In this document: positions 41,620 through 50,584 of the stretch, piece after piece
How positions within the stretch are numbered: the stretch's first letter is position 1
How the letters are laid out: each line of letters opens with the position of its first letter
Source of the DNA: Rhodoferax sp.
Lineage (GTDB): Bacteria; Pseudomonadota; Gammaproteobacteria; Burkholderiales; Burkholderiaceae_C
Length of the DNA: 64,000 bases
Assembly: GCA_041919095.1 (NCBI GenBank)
Contig: JAYRUL010000001.1
Location: 21,779 to 85,778 of the forward strand
Reading direction: 5' to 3'
The notes under the pieces: model-generated
Databases searched by the model: none
What the model was told of the DNA's origin: nothing
Seen by the model: the letters and a program-made list of their open reading frames with translations, nothing else
Translations under genes and position numbers: made by a program

Positions 41620-44600
41620 TCAATAATTGGCCTTGAAACTACAGGCAACCCGCCGAGATGGCGGCGCAACCCGTGGCGTGGCTGGGTTGAGATTGTGCTC
41701 GTGCCATGTCGTGCGCAGCATGCCCGTCCAGTCCAATGGGTGTTGTGTATTGGTCTTGGCTACGGTCTTTCTGTATTTGTACGTTCCCGCTGCCAGTCTG
41801 ACTGGACGTTGCCAAAGCGTTCTTGCGCATTTTGAGTGCGTTTTAGGGCTGTAGCCCCCATGGAATATGCGTGAGCAGCTATGGAATTTATAGTGAGTTG
41901 GGACCGTGCCATGCTGCGCATTGCCCACCTGCGTAATCGTCTGGGCGTTGGCATCGTTGGCCAGCAGCACGCTAAAGGGCACGCGCAGCGCCCGGTCTTC
42001 TTGCGGGTCGCTCAACTGGTCGTCACCCGTCTTGGCGCTGGTGTCCACCGTCGGCCCGGCGGGTGTAGTGGGCACGACCAGAGGGCTCGGCGGCGCAACC
42101 GGTGGCGCAAGCGCAGTCGGGTTGCTGGGCGCGGTGGTGCCGGTCGGTGGGGTGGTCGTACCGGGTGTGGTGCTAGGGGTCGTGCTAGTGGGCAGCGGCT
42201 CAGTACTGGGGGGCGGTGCCACCACCGTCGTGCCCGGCCGGCGCGGGGCAATATAGGGTCGGCTCAGGGTGGACTCCCCCGGTGCGGGCGGGTGCCATGC
42301 GCCAGCGCTGCCCGTGGTCGCGTTGTTCCAAGGCGTCCAGGCCGTCTCGTCAAACGGGGCTGGGCTGCGATGCAACGGAGGGTGGATGCGCGGCCCCGGT
42401 AGATCGGGCACGGCACTGCTGCCTACGCCCAGGCGCACTTGGCGCACCACCGCAAAGTTGTCCAGGTTGATGGTGCTGGTGGCATCGCGGGTACTGGCAG
42501 CGTCGGGGTTGGCGTACCCGCTGGGGGTGGGGTGGTAGTAGGCGCGCGCGGTGTCGGGTGCAACTGCGCTGGGGGCGCTCTGCCAGTTAAAACCCGTGTC
42601 GCCAGGCTCGGCCTTGGCAAAAGCGGTTTGCGGTACGGCCCCCAGGCCCACGGCCGCCAGTGCGCCCAGGCCGGTTGCGCCAAACAGGCTGTCTGGGGGC
42701 AGGCGCAGGTGTTCTTTGCCGTCGGCCGTCATCCAGCCTTCACGCACACCGGCGGGCACGAAGGTGATGCGTTCGGTGCTGGGGGTGTTGGTACTGCTCA
42801 GGCTGTGAATGCGCGCATCGCCCACTTGCACGGTAATGACCTTGGGGCGCTCTTGGGGCGCATCGCTGAGCATGCGCGCATCGCCCACGCCGATGGTGCT
42901 GGCGGTGGTGACGTTGGCCTTGGCGCGCACCTCGCCCGTGCTGGTGGCACCGGTTGCCGTGGTTTGGGTGGGTGCCCCTGCCACGTTGCCCCCGCCGTGG
43001 CGGTGCTGGGCGGCTTCGGCAGTGCCTTCCCAATCGCCGGTGCTTTTGGCGTTGAGTTCGTAGCGGATGCTGCGGTCTTTGCCGTCGTAGTGTTCGTAGA
43101 CGAGCAGCTCACCGGTCTTGAGGTCTTGCAGTTGGCCGTCTTCGCCCACGCCGTACACGGTGCCGAGCTGGACGCCTTCGGTGTCGGCAGCCAGTGTGGT
43201 GGCGGTGAGGGTTTGGGTTTGGCCACCTTCGTAGGTGAGGCTGCCTGCCTGCAGGTCGATGCTGGTGAGCTGCAGGGTTTGCAGGGTGGTGTTTTCTGCG
43301 GCTTGCATGATGCCGTCATGGTTGACGTCCACCCAGAGTTTGATGGCGGCAAAGGCCGGGTCGCTGGCGTCCAACTTGCCGTCGCCATTGGCATCCAACC
43401 AGGCCAGGCTGTTGCGCTCGGCTGCGTTGCCCCCCAGGTGCAGGATGTCGGCGGTCTCGATCTGGCCGTTGGCATTGGCGTCGAGCACCAGCATGCCTTG
43501 GGCGTTGCCCTGGGCGTCCAGGGTGCTGACCCATTGGGTGGATTCCAGGAAGCCGTCGCCGTCTACGTCGCGGTAGACCTCGGAGGTGGCTTGGGCTGCT
43601 GTGTCGGGGCCTGCCGGATTGGGTTTGAGCTGGGCCAGGGCGCTGATGTGGGCCTGGGCCTCGGGGGTGTCCAGGCGCAGCACCAGGGCGCTGACGGTTT
43701 GGGTTTTATGGTCGGCGCTCTCCAGCGCTTGGCCCTGGATGCCCACCGCGCTGGCGTCAAAGCGGGGGGTGGTGCTGGGTGGGGGGGCGCTGCTGGCGGG
43801 TGCGAAGTCGTCGGCGTTGGGGGTGGCGGGGTTGGCTGCGCTGGTAGCGGTTGGGGTGCTGGCATCACCCTCCCAGCTGGTGGGGCCTTGGGCAGTGGTG
43901 GCGGCTTCGGCGTTGTCTTGGGCTTGTGCCTTTTGTTCGGCGCTGTGCGCTTGTTGGTGCGCCAGCAGGGTTTGCACCTGCCATTGGGGCACGATGGCGT
44001 CGTTTTGGGTGGCCAGTTCGATCAGGCGCTGGCCGATGTTTTCGGGGTGGACGGTTTCTTTGCTGGTGCTGCCGTCGGCTTGGGTGATGGCGATCCAGCT
44101 GGTGCCGGCCGTAAAGCCGACTTGGGGCAGTCGGCTGGGGTCGATGGCGAGCTGGGTGCTGGCGTCACCGGGTGCTTGGCCGTTGTTGGCATCAATGACG
44201 CTTTGCAGGATACCGAGCAGGCTGCCTGCGGTGCTGTGGGCACTGTCGGCACCGCCGCTGACGTTGTGTTCGGTCTGGATGGTGATGCTGCCGTCTTCAC
44301 CCAGTTGGTAGGAGACCAGGCCATCGGGCGGCGGGGGTGGGGCGTGGTTGCCCATGAGGCCCCCAAAGACGCTCAGGCACAGGCTGATGACGGTGCCATA
44401 GGGCGGGAAGCATGCCGCCACGCTGGAGGCAATGCTCAGGGGGTTGCCGCTTTGCAGGGCCCCGGCGATGTTGAGGGCGTTGAGGACGGGGATGGGGATC
44501 GCGTTGACGCTGCCCGAGCCGACGATGGAGTTGTAGAAGCTGCCCCCGCTGCTGGCGATGCTGATGGGGTTACCGCTTTGCAGCGCCTGCACCAGGCCCA

Positions 44601-46848
44601 GCCCAGAGCCCAGGGTATTGAGGCTGCCCAGGCCGAGGTTGTTGGTGGCGCCGCTGGCGATGGCTTCGCTGCTGAGTCCGTAGGTGTTGAGGGTGTTGTA
44701 CAGGCCCACGGCCGTGCCGAGTTTGCCCAGGTCGGTTTGTTGGCTCCAGTTCTTCAGACCGATGAGGGTGCTGGCCAGGCCGAGGTCTTGGGTGAGGGGG
44801 TGCAGGTCGGGGGGGGTGTAGGCAGGCGTGGTGGATGTTGTTTCGGTCGCAAACGGGTCAATGCCGGTGCCCGCATCACTGACGACTGCGGTGTCGATGA
44901 AGTCGCTGGCGTCGGCAACAAGGACGCCAGCGCCGGTGGGCGTGGTGGGCGGTTTTTCTAAAAGGTCTTTGAGTGTGTCAAAGAAGGCCGTTGCGGTGGG
45001 GTCGGTTTGTGGTTTGGGGTCTTTGTCGTCGGCCGTTTTAGGGGCGTTGACGTCTTCGATGCGCACGATGTGTGCGTCTGACGAAATGGCTCCATCTGCC
45101 GCGCGCTCGGAAGCGGTCCGGCCATTGGGGTCTTGCCAGGAAGCAGGGTCGGTGTCCTTCTCCGGGCGGGTGTAGGTGACGCCGCCACTGACGTAGGTGT
45201 CGCCCACCACGTCCCCACCGCGGATGCTGAGTTGGTAGACGACGGTGCCGTCTTTGTCAGTCTCGGTTTCGGTGATGGTTGGCGACCCACCGGCAGGGTC
45301 GAACACGCGTTCGATCACCATCGTTCCGGTGTCGGTTTTGCGGACGATGGTTTGGGCAAGCTGGGTTTCGCGGTCAGCAGACTGTGTGGTGGAGATGACG
45401 TCGCCTTGCTTCAAGAAGCCATCACTGCTGTCGCCCTTGACGGTGCCCGTCAGGGTGGTGGTGCCGTCTTCGTTGCGGGTGGGTTTGGAGTTGGCTATGT
45501 AGGGGGTGCGCTCGTCGTTGCTCGTGGTGCTGTCGGGCTTTGTGGGTTTGGTGGTGGTAGAAGTGGGCTTAGCCGTTGACGCGCCCACGTCAGGCACAAA
45601 GACGCGCTCACCCGGCACGGTGACGTTGCCCATCGCGTCGTACTGGGTGGTGTCTTCCCAATGGCCGCCGGTGGGTTTTGCACCACTGCCAGTAGTCGTG
45701 GACCCAGCGCCCAAATGCTCATTCACAGAACTGAACTTGCCTGCAAACGCGCTCGCCTCGGCTTGACCGCGCTTGCTCGCCCCAAACGCTGCGATGGCCG
45801 CTTCTTCATCGCCACTTGCCCAAGCCTTGACGAACTCGGGGTGTGCTTTCAGCCACTGGGGGTTTTGATAGGTCGCGGCTGCAACTGCCGCAAACTGCCC
45901 CTCGCTCAGGTTGGCATAGGACTCTGGCCCCCCCAACCCTGATAGCAGTTTCGGAGTCGTTTCAGCAACGATAACGGCTGCTGTAATTCGGTCTGCTTCT
46001 AGAGGGTTGAAGGAGAACTCGGAAGCGCCAGGGTCTTTCCCGTCGCTAAACAGTGCTTTCGCCTTTGAAACATTGCCTGCTTTCAGTTCCGCAGCGGCTT
46101 GGTTCAGTGTGCTGATAGGTAACTCGTCGTACTTGCTCTCAGGAAGACCGGCCATCTTCAGCAAGCCTTTGATTTCCTCCTCGCTTCGCACAGTCCAACC
46201 GTTGCGGCCATTGACCACTAACGCAAAACCATTCCCGACTGTCGGCACGCCGCCGCTATCGGTGTAGATGCCGGGGCGATAGCCTTCCATCGAGCCTTCG
46301 GTTTTGAGGAGGTTCACCGCTGCTGCCACGCGCGGTGCACTGATGCCGGTACCGGGGCCATCCGTGAGGTCTAGCTCTGGGACGTACGTGCTTGCTTTGG
46401 GGCGCAGGATGAGGGATGGTTGTTGCCAATAGGGCGCATTGCTCCCGATCTCTATCCCGTCCGTCACTCCAGTATTTTCGCTTTGCGCCCCTAAAGCTGC
46501 GCCAGTCTTCGTGGTCCCATTCCACTCCGTCAACACCATCACATGGTTGACGTTCTTTGATCCCTGGGGGTAATAGATGGTGTCCCCAGGCTTTGCGTCC
46601 TTCGCATCAACAACTTCATAGTACTTGGAGGCTTCGGCGGAAAGGGTGCCGTTCTTGACCAACGCACCCGTACTCAGATGGGGGACGTTGTAACCGGCAT
46701 GTAGGTTCGACTGATACACCAGATAGGTACAGTCGGCCTTGTTACCCAAGAACGCGTTCGGATTGTTTGCGCCACCATGGTTTTGCCCATAGACCCACCT
46801 CTTATTGGAAAAGAATGTGTTGCGCGCGGATTGAACGATGTCACCCAT
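41620..46848 (-). CDS. Truncated paralogous T1SS cargo with NlpC/P60 and T4-lysozyme-like N-terminal domains; probable silent or non-secreted cassette
   Basis: C40/H102 NlpC/P60 pattern and E188-x8-D197-x5-T203. Residues ~681-1649 are nearly identical to the full-length cargo, then 93 aa of read-through. Lacks the C-terminal secretion region. Confidence 0.8.
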   Translation of the reverse strand: MGDIVQSARNTFFSNKRWVYGQNHGGANNPNAFLGNKADCTYLVYQSNLHAGYNVPHLSTGALVKNGTLSAEASKYYEVVDAKDAKPGDTIYYPQGSKNVNHVMVLTEWNGTTKTGAALGAQSENTGVTDGIEIGSNAPYWQQPSLILRPKASTYVPELDLTDGPGTGISAPRVAAAVNLLKTEGSMEGYRPGIYTDSGGVPTVGNGFALVVNGRNGWTVRSEEEIKGLLKMAGLPESKYDELPISTLNQAAAELKAGNVSKAKALFSDGKDPGASEFSFNPLEADRITAAVIVAETTPKLLSGLGGPESYANLSEGQFAAVAAATYQNPQWLKAHPEFVKAWASGDEEAAIAAFGASKRGQAEASAFAGKFSSVNEHLGAGSTTTGSGAKPTGGHWEDTTQYDAMGNVTVPGERVFVPDVGASTAKPTSTTTKPTKPDSTTSNDERTPYIANSKPTRNEDGTTTLTGTVKGDSSDGFLKQGDVISTTQSADRETQLAQTIVRKTDTGTMVIERVFDPAGGSPTITETETDKDGTVVYQLSIRGGDVVGDTYVSGGVTYTRPEKDTDPASWQDPNGRTASERAADGAISSDAHIVRIEDVNAPKTADDKDPKPQTDPTATAFFDTLKDLLEKPPTTPTGAGVLVADASDFIDTAVVSDAGTGIDPFATETTSTTPAYTPPDLHPLTQDLGLASTLIGLKNWSQQTDLGKLGTAVGLYNTLNTYGLSSEAIASGATNNLGLGSLNTLGSGLGLVQALQSGNPISIASSGGSFYNSIVGSGSVNAIPIPVLNALNIAGALQSGNPLSIASSVAACFPPYGTVISLCLSVFGGLMGNHAPPPPPDGLVSYQLGEDGSITIQTEHNVSGGADSAHSTAGSLLGILQSVIDANNGQAPGDASTQLAIDPSRLPQVGFTAGTSWIAITQADGSTSKETVHPENIGQRLIELATQNDAIVPQWQVQTLLAHQQAHSAEQKAQAQDNAEAATTAQGPTSWEGDASTPTATSAANPATPNADDFAPASSAPPPSTTPRFDASAVGIQGQALESADHKTQTVSALVLRLDTPEAQAHISALAQLKPNPAGPDTAAQATSEVYRDVDGDGFLESTQWVSTLDAQGNAQGMLVLDANANGQIETADILHLGGNAAERNSLAWLDANGDGKLDASDPAFAAIKLWVDVNHDGIMQAAENTTLQTLQLTSIDLQAGSLTYEGGQTQTLTATTLAADTEGVQLGTVYGVGEDGQLQDLKTGELLVYEHYDGKDRSIRYELNAKSTGDWEGTAEAAQHRHGGGNVAGAPTQTTATGATSTGEVRAKANVTTASTIGVGDARMLSDAPQERPKVITVQVGDARIHSLSSTNTPSTERITFVPAGVREGWMTADGKEHLRLPPDSLFGATGLGALAAVGLGAVPQTAFAKAEPGDTGFNWQSAPSAVAPDTARAYYHPTPSGYANPDAASTRDATSTINLDNFAVVRQVRLGVGSSAVPDLPGPRIHPPLHRSPAPFDETAWTPWNNATTGSAGAWHPPAPGESTLSRPYIAPRRPGTTVVAPPPSTEPLPTSTTPSTTPGTTTPPTGTTAPSNPTALAPPVAPPSPLVVPTTPAGPTVDTSAKTGDDQLSDPQEDRALRVPFSVLLANDANAQTITQVGNAQHGTVPTHYKFHSCSRIFHGGYSPKTHSKCARTLWQRPVRLAAGTYKYRKTVAKTNTQHPLDWTGMLRTTWHEHNLNPATPRVAPPSRRVACSFKANY
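41816..41901. repeat. ~86-bp direct repeat R2 (GCTAT-N7-ATAG family)
   Basis: Aligns without gaps to 50731-50816 and abuts the edge of the 2.9-kb duplication at 41902. Confidence 0.88.
41902..44810. repeat. 2,909-bp direct repeat, copy in the truncated cargo gene
   Basis: Matches 35898-38806. Confidence 0.95.
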
Positions 46849-46881
46849 TTTGACTATTGCCTCTCCATTACTGCTCGTCTG

Positions 46882-47685
46882 TTACCTGTGCGATGTGGTG
46901 GCGCGATAGTCCTTTGGAGCCACACTCCATGCGGGTCGGCTCAATTGCTTGAGCGTTTGCTTGTCTTTCTCCATCTGCTCACAGCGATCTGCGCTGTACT
47001 GCGGGCTGGTCTTCGGATGACTGCAGGAGAAAAGGTTGGTTTGGTCAATGCGACGCTGCCAGTCAGATTTGCGGAACTTGATCAAGTTAGAGACGTTGCG
47101 CTGCACTACGCGCCACATACCATCCGCCCCACGCGCAAATGGGATCGTGGTAAACACCACCGGCTGTTTTGGCACAACGGCATCGATTTCGGAGGCAATC
47201 TTCAACTGCGTTCTAGTAAAAGCATCCCAGTACTGCTGAGAAGACGCCCTAGCCTTTGGCCATAACCTCGTTACCTCTGACGGACCGCTTATAGCTACGT
47301 CAAGGAGAATGACTGCGAAGGCAGATTCCCTTGAAGAGCAAGTGTTCGAGATTCGAGCCGCAAGGTACTGCACCCAGTCCGACGGTGCGTCGTTCTGGTC
47401 GAATCGAAGCGTATACCCGCTTTCCCAGTAATCAGATATTCCAAGTGGGTTGCCTCCACGCCTGGCAGATGCATCCAGCGCCATGAACCCAAGCGCGGTT
47501 CTCTTGATCTGAGCCTGCTCCTTGCGACTGAGTACGTCGGTATGCTTGTCATCTGCCAATTCGCTCCCCGGCGGGCAGAACGTCCCAAGTTGCGCAGGAT
47601 TGAGGGGCACGCCTTTGGCGCGCGCTGCTGTCGAAAACATCGTGCAAACCGTCAACGCCAGAATCGCGACAACTGCTTGCGCCAT
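46882..47685 (-). CDS. Exported hypothetical protein, candidate periplasmic immunity protein
   Basis: Signal-peptide-like MAQAVVAILALTVCTMFSTAARA and several Cys; immediately upstream of the peptidoglycan-hydrolase cargo. Start uncertain because it is in frame with an upstream remnant. Confidence 0.55.
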   Translation of the reverse strand: MAQAVVAILALTVCTMFSTAARAKGVPLNPAQLGTFCPPGSELADDKHTDVLSRKEQAQIKRTALGFMALDASARRGGNPLGISDYWESGYTLRFDQNDAPSDWVQYLAARISNTCSSRESAFAVILLDVAISGPSEVTRLWPKARASSQQYWDAFTRTQLKIASEIDAVVPKQPVVFTTIPFARGADGMWRVVQRNVSNLIKFRKSDWQRRIDQTNLFSCSHPKTSPQYSADRCEQMEKDKQTLKQLSRPAWSVAPKDYRATTSHR

Positions 47686-47769
47686 GACAAACTGTTCGAT
47701 CAACGCAGTGGCAGCACTCAACCAAACGGAGCCACTTCGAATGCGATGGATTGAGGGATCAATGCTGGG

Positions 47770-47967
47770 CTTACTCTCCGACCCCGAACGCTGCCCAAAA
47801 TCGAACTGCATGGCTCCAACGGAATAGCCACTGGCCGCAATCGGGGTACCGTTCCAGCCACCCTGCGCAGCAACCGTGATTTGGTAGGGTGTACGCCCGC
47901 CCTCGGTCCCCATGCCCATCACGGCGTAGGTCACGCCTGCAAATGTGTCTTTGCTTAGTTTGCCCAT
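47770..47967 (-). pseudogene. Remnant N-terminus of a third effector (lysozyme-like), fused in frame to the downstream gene
   Basis: GGAG RBS and ATG overlap the LprI-gene stop. MGKLSK...GMGTEGG...SGYSVGAMQFDFGQR resembles the E...SGxSxGxxQxD pattern of lysozyme-fold effectors, then breaks off. Confidence 0.5.
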
Positions 47968-49271
47968 AGTTTTCTCCACTGTTCAGGCACAAAGGTTTGA
48001 ATGAATTGGGTCGCTGAATAGGCAGGCGAATCGAGCTTGGTACCACAGGGGGCCAAATTCTTTTCTAAGTCCGCGATTTCCTCTGTGGTTAACCGGCGCC
48101 CTGTCGGGCGGCGGTCCAAAAAGACCTTGCGGCAAGTTTCGACTCGCTGGTTGTGCTGATCAAACTCTGCTTTGACCTTCTCACGATATGGCCCCATGAG
48201 CGACGAGTCCAGCAGCATTACCTCTGGCCTCAGCATCTCGACCGGCTCGTATCGGCGGCGAGAGTCGACATGAACTAAGTAGTGCTCTGCTTGGACAAAA
48301 GCACCTTTGCGCATGTCTCCAGCGGCGGCTCTGGAAGCGAAGTCTCCCCTGAACCAGCGCTTGAAGCTGTCCGCTTGAGGCTCCTCACGGGGGGCTTGGC
48401 AGGGATACTCAGGCTCCAAGGTTCGTACAACAACCTGCCGCTCCAGGCGCACATTTTGTACTTGCCAATTGAATTGGATTCCGTGCCCACCCGGCGAGTC
48501 GCAGTAGACGTTGAAAGTTTCAATACGCGGCTCGGCTAGCGGCGAGTCGGTAATGCCAACCCGTCCGTCATCGTTGGACAGGTCGGAAGTGTTGATAAAT
48601 AGTCCAACGAGCCCCCACTCCGTCTTGTCTGGCGAGCGCAGTCCGAGAATGCGAGTGTTGCCTCCAACTTTTTGAGTCAGCAGCGTGGCGTTGAATCGTT
48701 TTTGCCCAAAGTAGGTTTCAAAGACCAGCACTTTTCCGCCAAGTGTCAGCACATGCGTGTCTTGCTTGCCCTTGATGTAGGGCGCAAACACCATGTCTGG
48801 CTTTCCATCTGGCGCCAACAAGTAAGCAGGAATAGTTTGCCCTTCCCGTGCCTGCACAAAACCCACCATCGAACCTTCCACCACCTGGCGAATATCCGAC
48901 AGGGCGATCTGCGCAACTCCGGCGCTCTGTCCGCTTGGCGGGTTGGTGTCAGCCTCCAACTGCCGGATGCGTGTTTCATACGCTTGCGTAAAGCACTGCG
49001 TGCTTTCACAGCGGTTGCGGGACTGCAACCACGCACGCTGGTCGTCGCGCAGCTTGGCTTTTTGCTCATCAGTGCTCAGTCTTGAAACGGCAGCCTTGTA
49101 ACGGGCATTGAGCTTGGAATCCAGGGACTCCACTCCAGCTGCGCACAGTCTCTTGTCCTGCGCATTCAGCCTGGCGAGCGCATCAACACCGCAATTGAGC
49201 GATGCACTTGCGGCAGATGCCAGCAGGCAACCGACCGTTAGAACCAAGACTTTGTTTCGTGTATTACCCAT
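47955..49271 (-). CDS. Exported protein with N-terminal LprI-like (DUF1311) lysozyme-inhibitor domain
   Basis: Signal peptide, 'ASLNC', 'LC....LD..LN..Y', 'LRDDQRAWLQSRNRC....C....YETRI'; unknown C-terminal region. Confidence 0.75.
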   Translation of the reverse strand: MGNTRNKVLVLTVGCLLASAASASLNCGVDALARLNAQDKRLCAAGVESLDSKLNARYKAAVSRLSTDEQKAKLRDDQRAWLQSRNRCESTQCFTQAYETRIRQLEADTNPPSGQSAGVAQIALSDIRQVVEGSMVGFVQAREGQTIPAYLLAPDGKPDMVFAPYIKGKQDTHVLTLGGKVLVFETYFGQKRFNATLLTQKVGGNTRILGLRSPDKTEWGLVGLFINTSDLSNDDGRVGITDSPLAEPRIETFNVYCDSPGGHGIQFNWQVQNVRLERQVVVRTLEPEYPCQAPREEPQADSFKRWFRGDFASRAAAGDMRKGAFVQAEHYLVHVDSRRRYEPVEMLRPEVMLLDSSLMGPYREKVKAEFDQHNQRVETCRKVFLDRRPTGRRLTTEEIADLEKNLAPCGTKLDSPAYSATQFIQTFVPEQWRKLWAN

Positions 49272-49315
49272 TGGAACTTGATGCTTTGTCGTACAGGCCA
49301 GGCATTCGAGATTGG

Positions 49316-50440
49316 CTATTGGTTTTGGAGCGCAAAGCGCATTGCGATGATCTGATTGCTCCCGGTTTGAACATCAATCAGCCGCAAGTGCCACAAAGCA
49401 GTTGGCTGCTCCGCCCCATTGATTACCGCAACTGTTTTCCCAGATGGCGCTATTGAAACCGAGGGCGTGTAAGCAACCTTGCGCGAAAAACACTCCTCTT
49501 TGCGCAATGGCTCCTCAATAAACCTAAAACACATGCCAATGCCGCGGTTGTCAAACACGGCCAGCTTGCCGTCGCGCGAGATGTCGCGCACCATCAGCCA
49601 CATGTGCCCGTCGGTCGGAAACAGCGGCAAGATCGGATCACGCGGTCCACTTACAGCTACGGTCATGTTTCCCCCATACCGGCCCTCATAGTTTGTCAAG
49701 AACCGCCGCCCCGTGCGCTCGTCAGTGACATAGAAGTCCTCGCTGTTCGGTCGCTTGGGATAGTCGGATGCCACCAGCATGAGCCGCTTGCCATCAGGCA
49801 TATAGCGCGGCGTGGTCTTGGGGTAGGCAGCCTGGTAGTCGGTCTTTTGCACCGTGGTTTGGCTGGCAAGGTCCAGTTCCTTCACATCCCACGCACCTCC
49901 ACCCATGCCGGGTTTGAGCTGGTTGCTGATGCCCCAGTACAGCACGCGCTGGCCGTCGCGGGTGAGGCTGGGGTAGGTGTAGAGGTTGTGCAGGTCGTGG
50001 CTGAGGTTCTTGAGCTTCTTGCCATCGTGGTCCAGCAACACCAGGCGGCTGCAGTATTGGCGGGTGACTTTGCCTTCGATGACGGTGCCCTCGCAACGCG
50101 CGTACTCCTGAGCAAAGATGGCGCTGCCGTCCCAGGTGTAGGCCACGTCGTCGTAGTTGGCGTCGGGGTTGATGGCGGGCAGCGTCTCCCAGCGTTCCTC
50201 GGCAATGCGGTAACGCATGACGGTGCAGCGCTGGGGGGCGGTGGATTTCCAGGTGTCGGTGCAGGCGGTGACGACCAGCTTGGTTTCATCGGGGGCGTAG
50301 CTCACGGTCTTGGGGAACCAGCCGATGTTGATGGGGTATTGCACCGGCTCAGGCACCGGTTGGGCCTGGGCCAACCCGCCCAGACAACACAGGCTCCAGG
50401 CCAGGCGCAGGGCGCGGGGTTGGGGGAACGTAGGCATCAT
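49316..50440 (-). CDS. Exported beta-propeller (TolB/PD40-like) protein
   Basis: Signal peptide ending AQA and recurring blade motifs (YAPDE, YTWDG, LTRDG, YMPDG, ISRDG, IAPSG). Confidence 0.7.
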   Translation of the reverse strand: MMPTFPQPRALRLAWSLCCLGGLAQAQPVPEPVQYPINIGWFPKTVSYAPDETKLVVTACTDTWKSTAPQRCTVMRYRIAEERWETLPAINPDANYDDVAYTWDGSAIFAQEYARCEGTVIEGKVTRQYCSRLVLLDHDGKKLKNLSHDLHNLYTYPSLTRDGQRVLYWGISNQLKPGMGGGAWDVKELDLASQTTVQKTDYQAAYPKTTPRYMPDGKRLMLVASDYPKRPNSEDFYVTDERTGRRFLTNYEGRYGGNMTVAVSGPRDPILPLFPTDGHMWLMVRDISRDGKLAVFDNRGIGMCFRFIEEPLRKEECFSRKVAYTPSVSIAPSGKTVAVINGAEQPTALWHLRLIDVQTGSNQIIAMRFALQNQ

Positions 50441-50584
50441 GAGTTGTAGGCGGGTGTAGGAAGGTTCTGCGTACCGGTGTCACTACAGCGACCCCGGCAG
50501 CTTGACAAAGCCCTAAAGGCTAACGGTTTGGCGGGCAACACGCCATCCGGCAAACCCAGGCATTCGTAACAAACTGTGGCTGGT

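Noticed and set aside
41620-41901. C-terminal 93 aa of the 1742-aa ORF as a real domain
   Set aside because: It is read-through across repeat R2 and intergenic DNA after the truncation point.
35898-44810. Duplication as a pure assembly artefact
   Set aside because: The copies differ at several positions, have distinct in-frame N-termini and end at a meaningful junction. Considered unlikely but not excluded without reads.
36435-44961. Long plus-strand ORFs (1034 aa at 36435-39539, 840 aa at 42439-44961; also 673 aa at 33369-35390)
   Set aside because: Antisense shadows of GC-rich cargo genes: Gly/Val-rich with no recognisable motifs.
50461-50580. c-di-GMP (GEMM) riboswitch in the locus leader
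   Set aside because: Only fragmentary resemblance; no GNRA tetraloop/receptor architecture could be identified.
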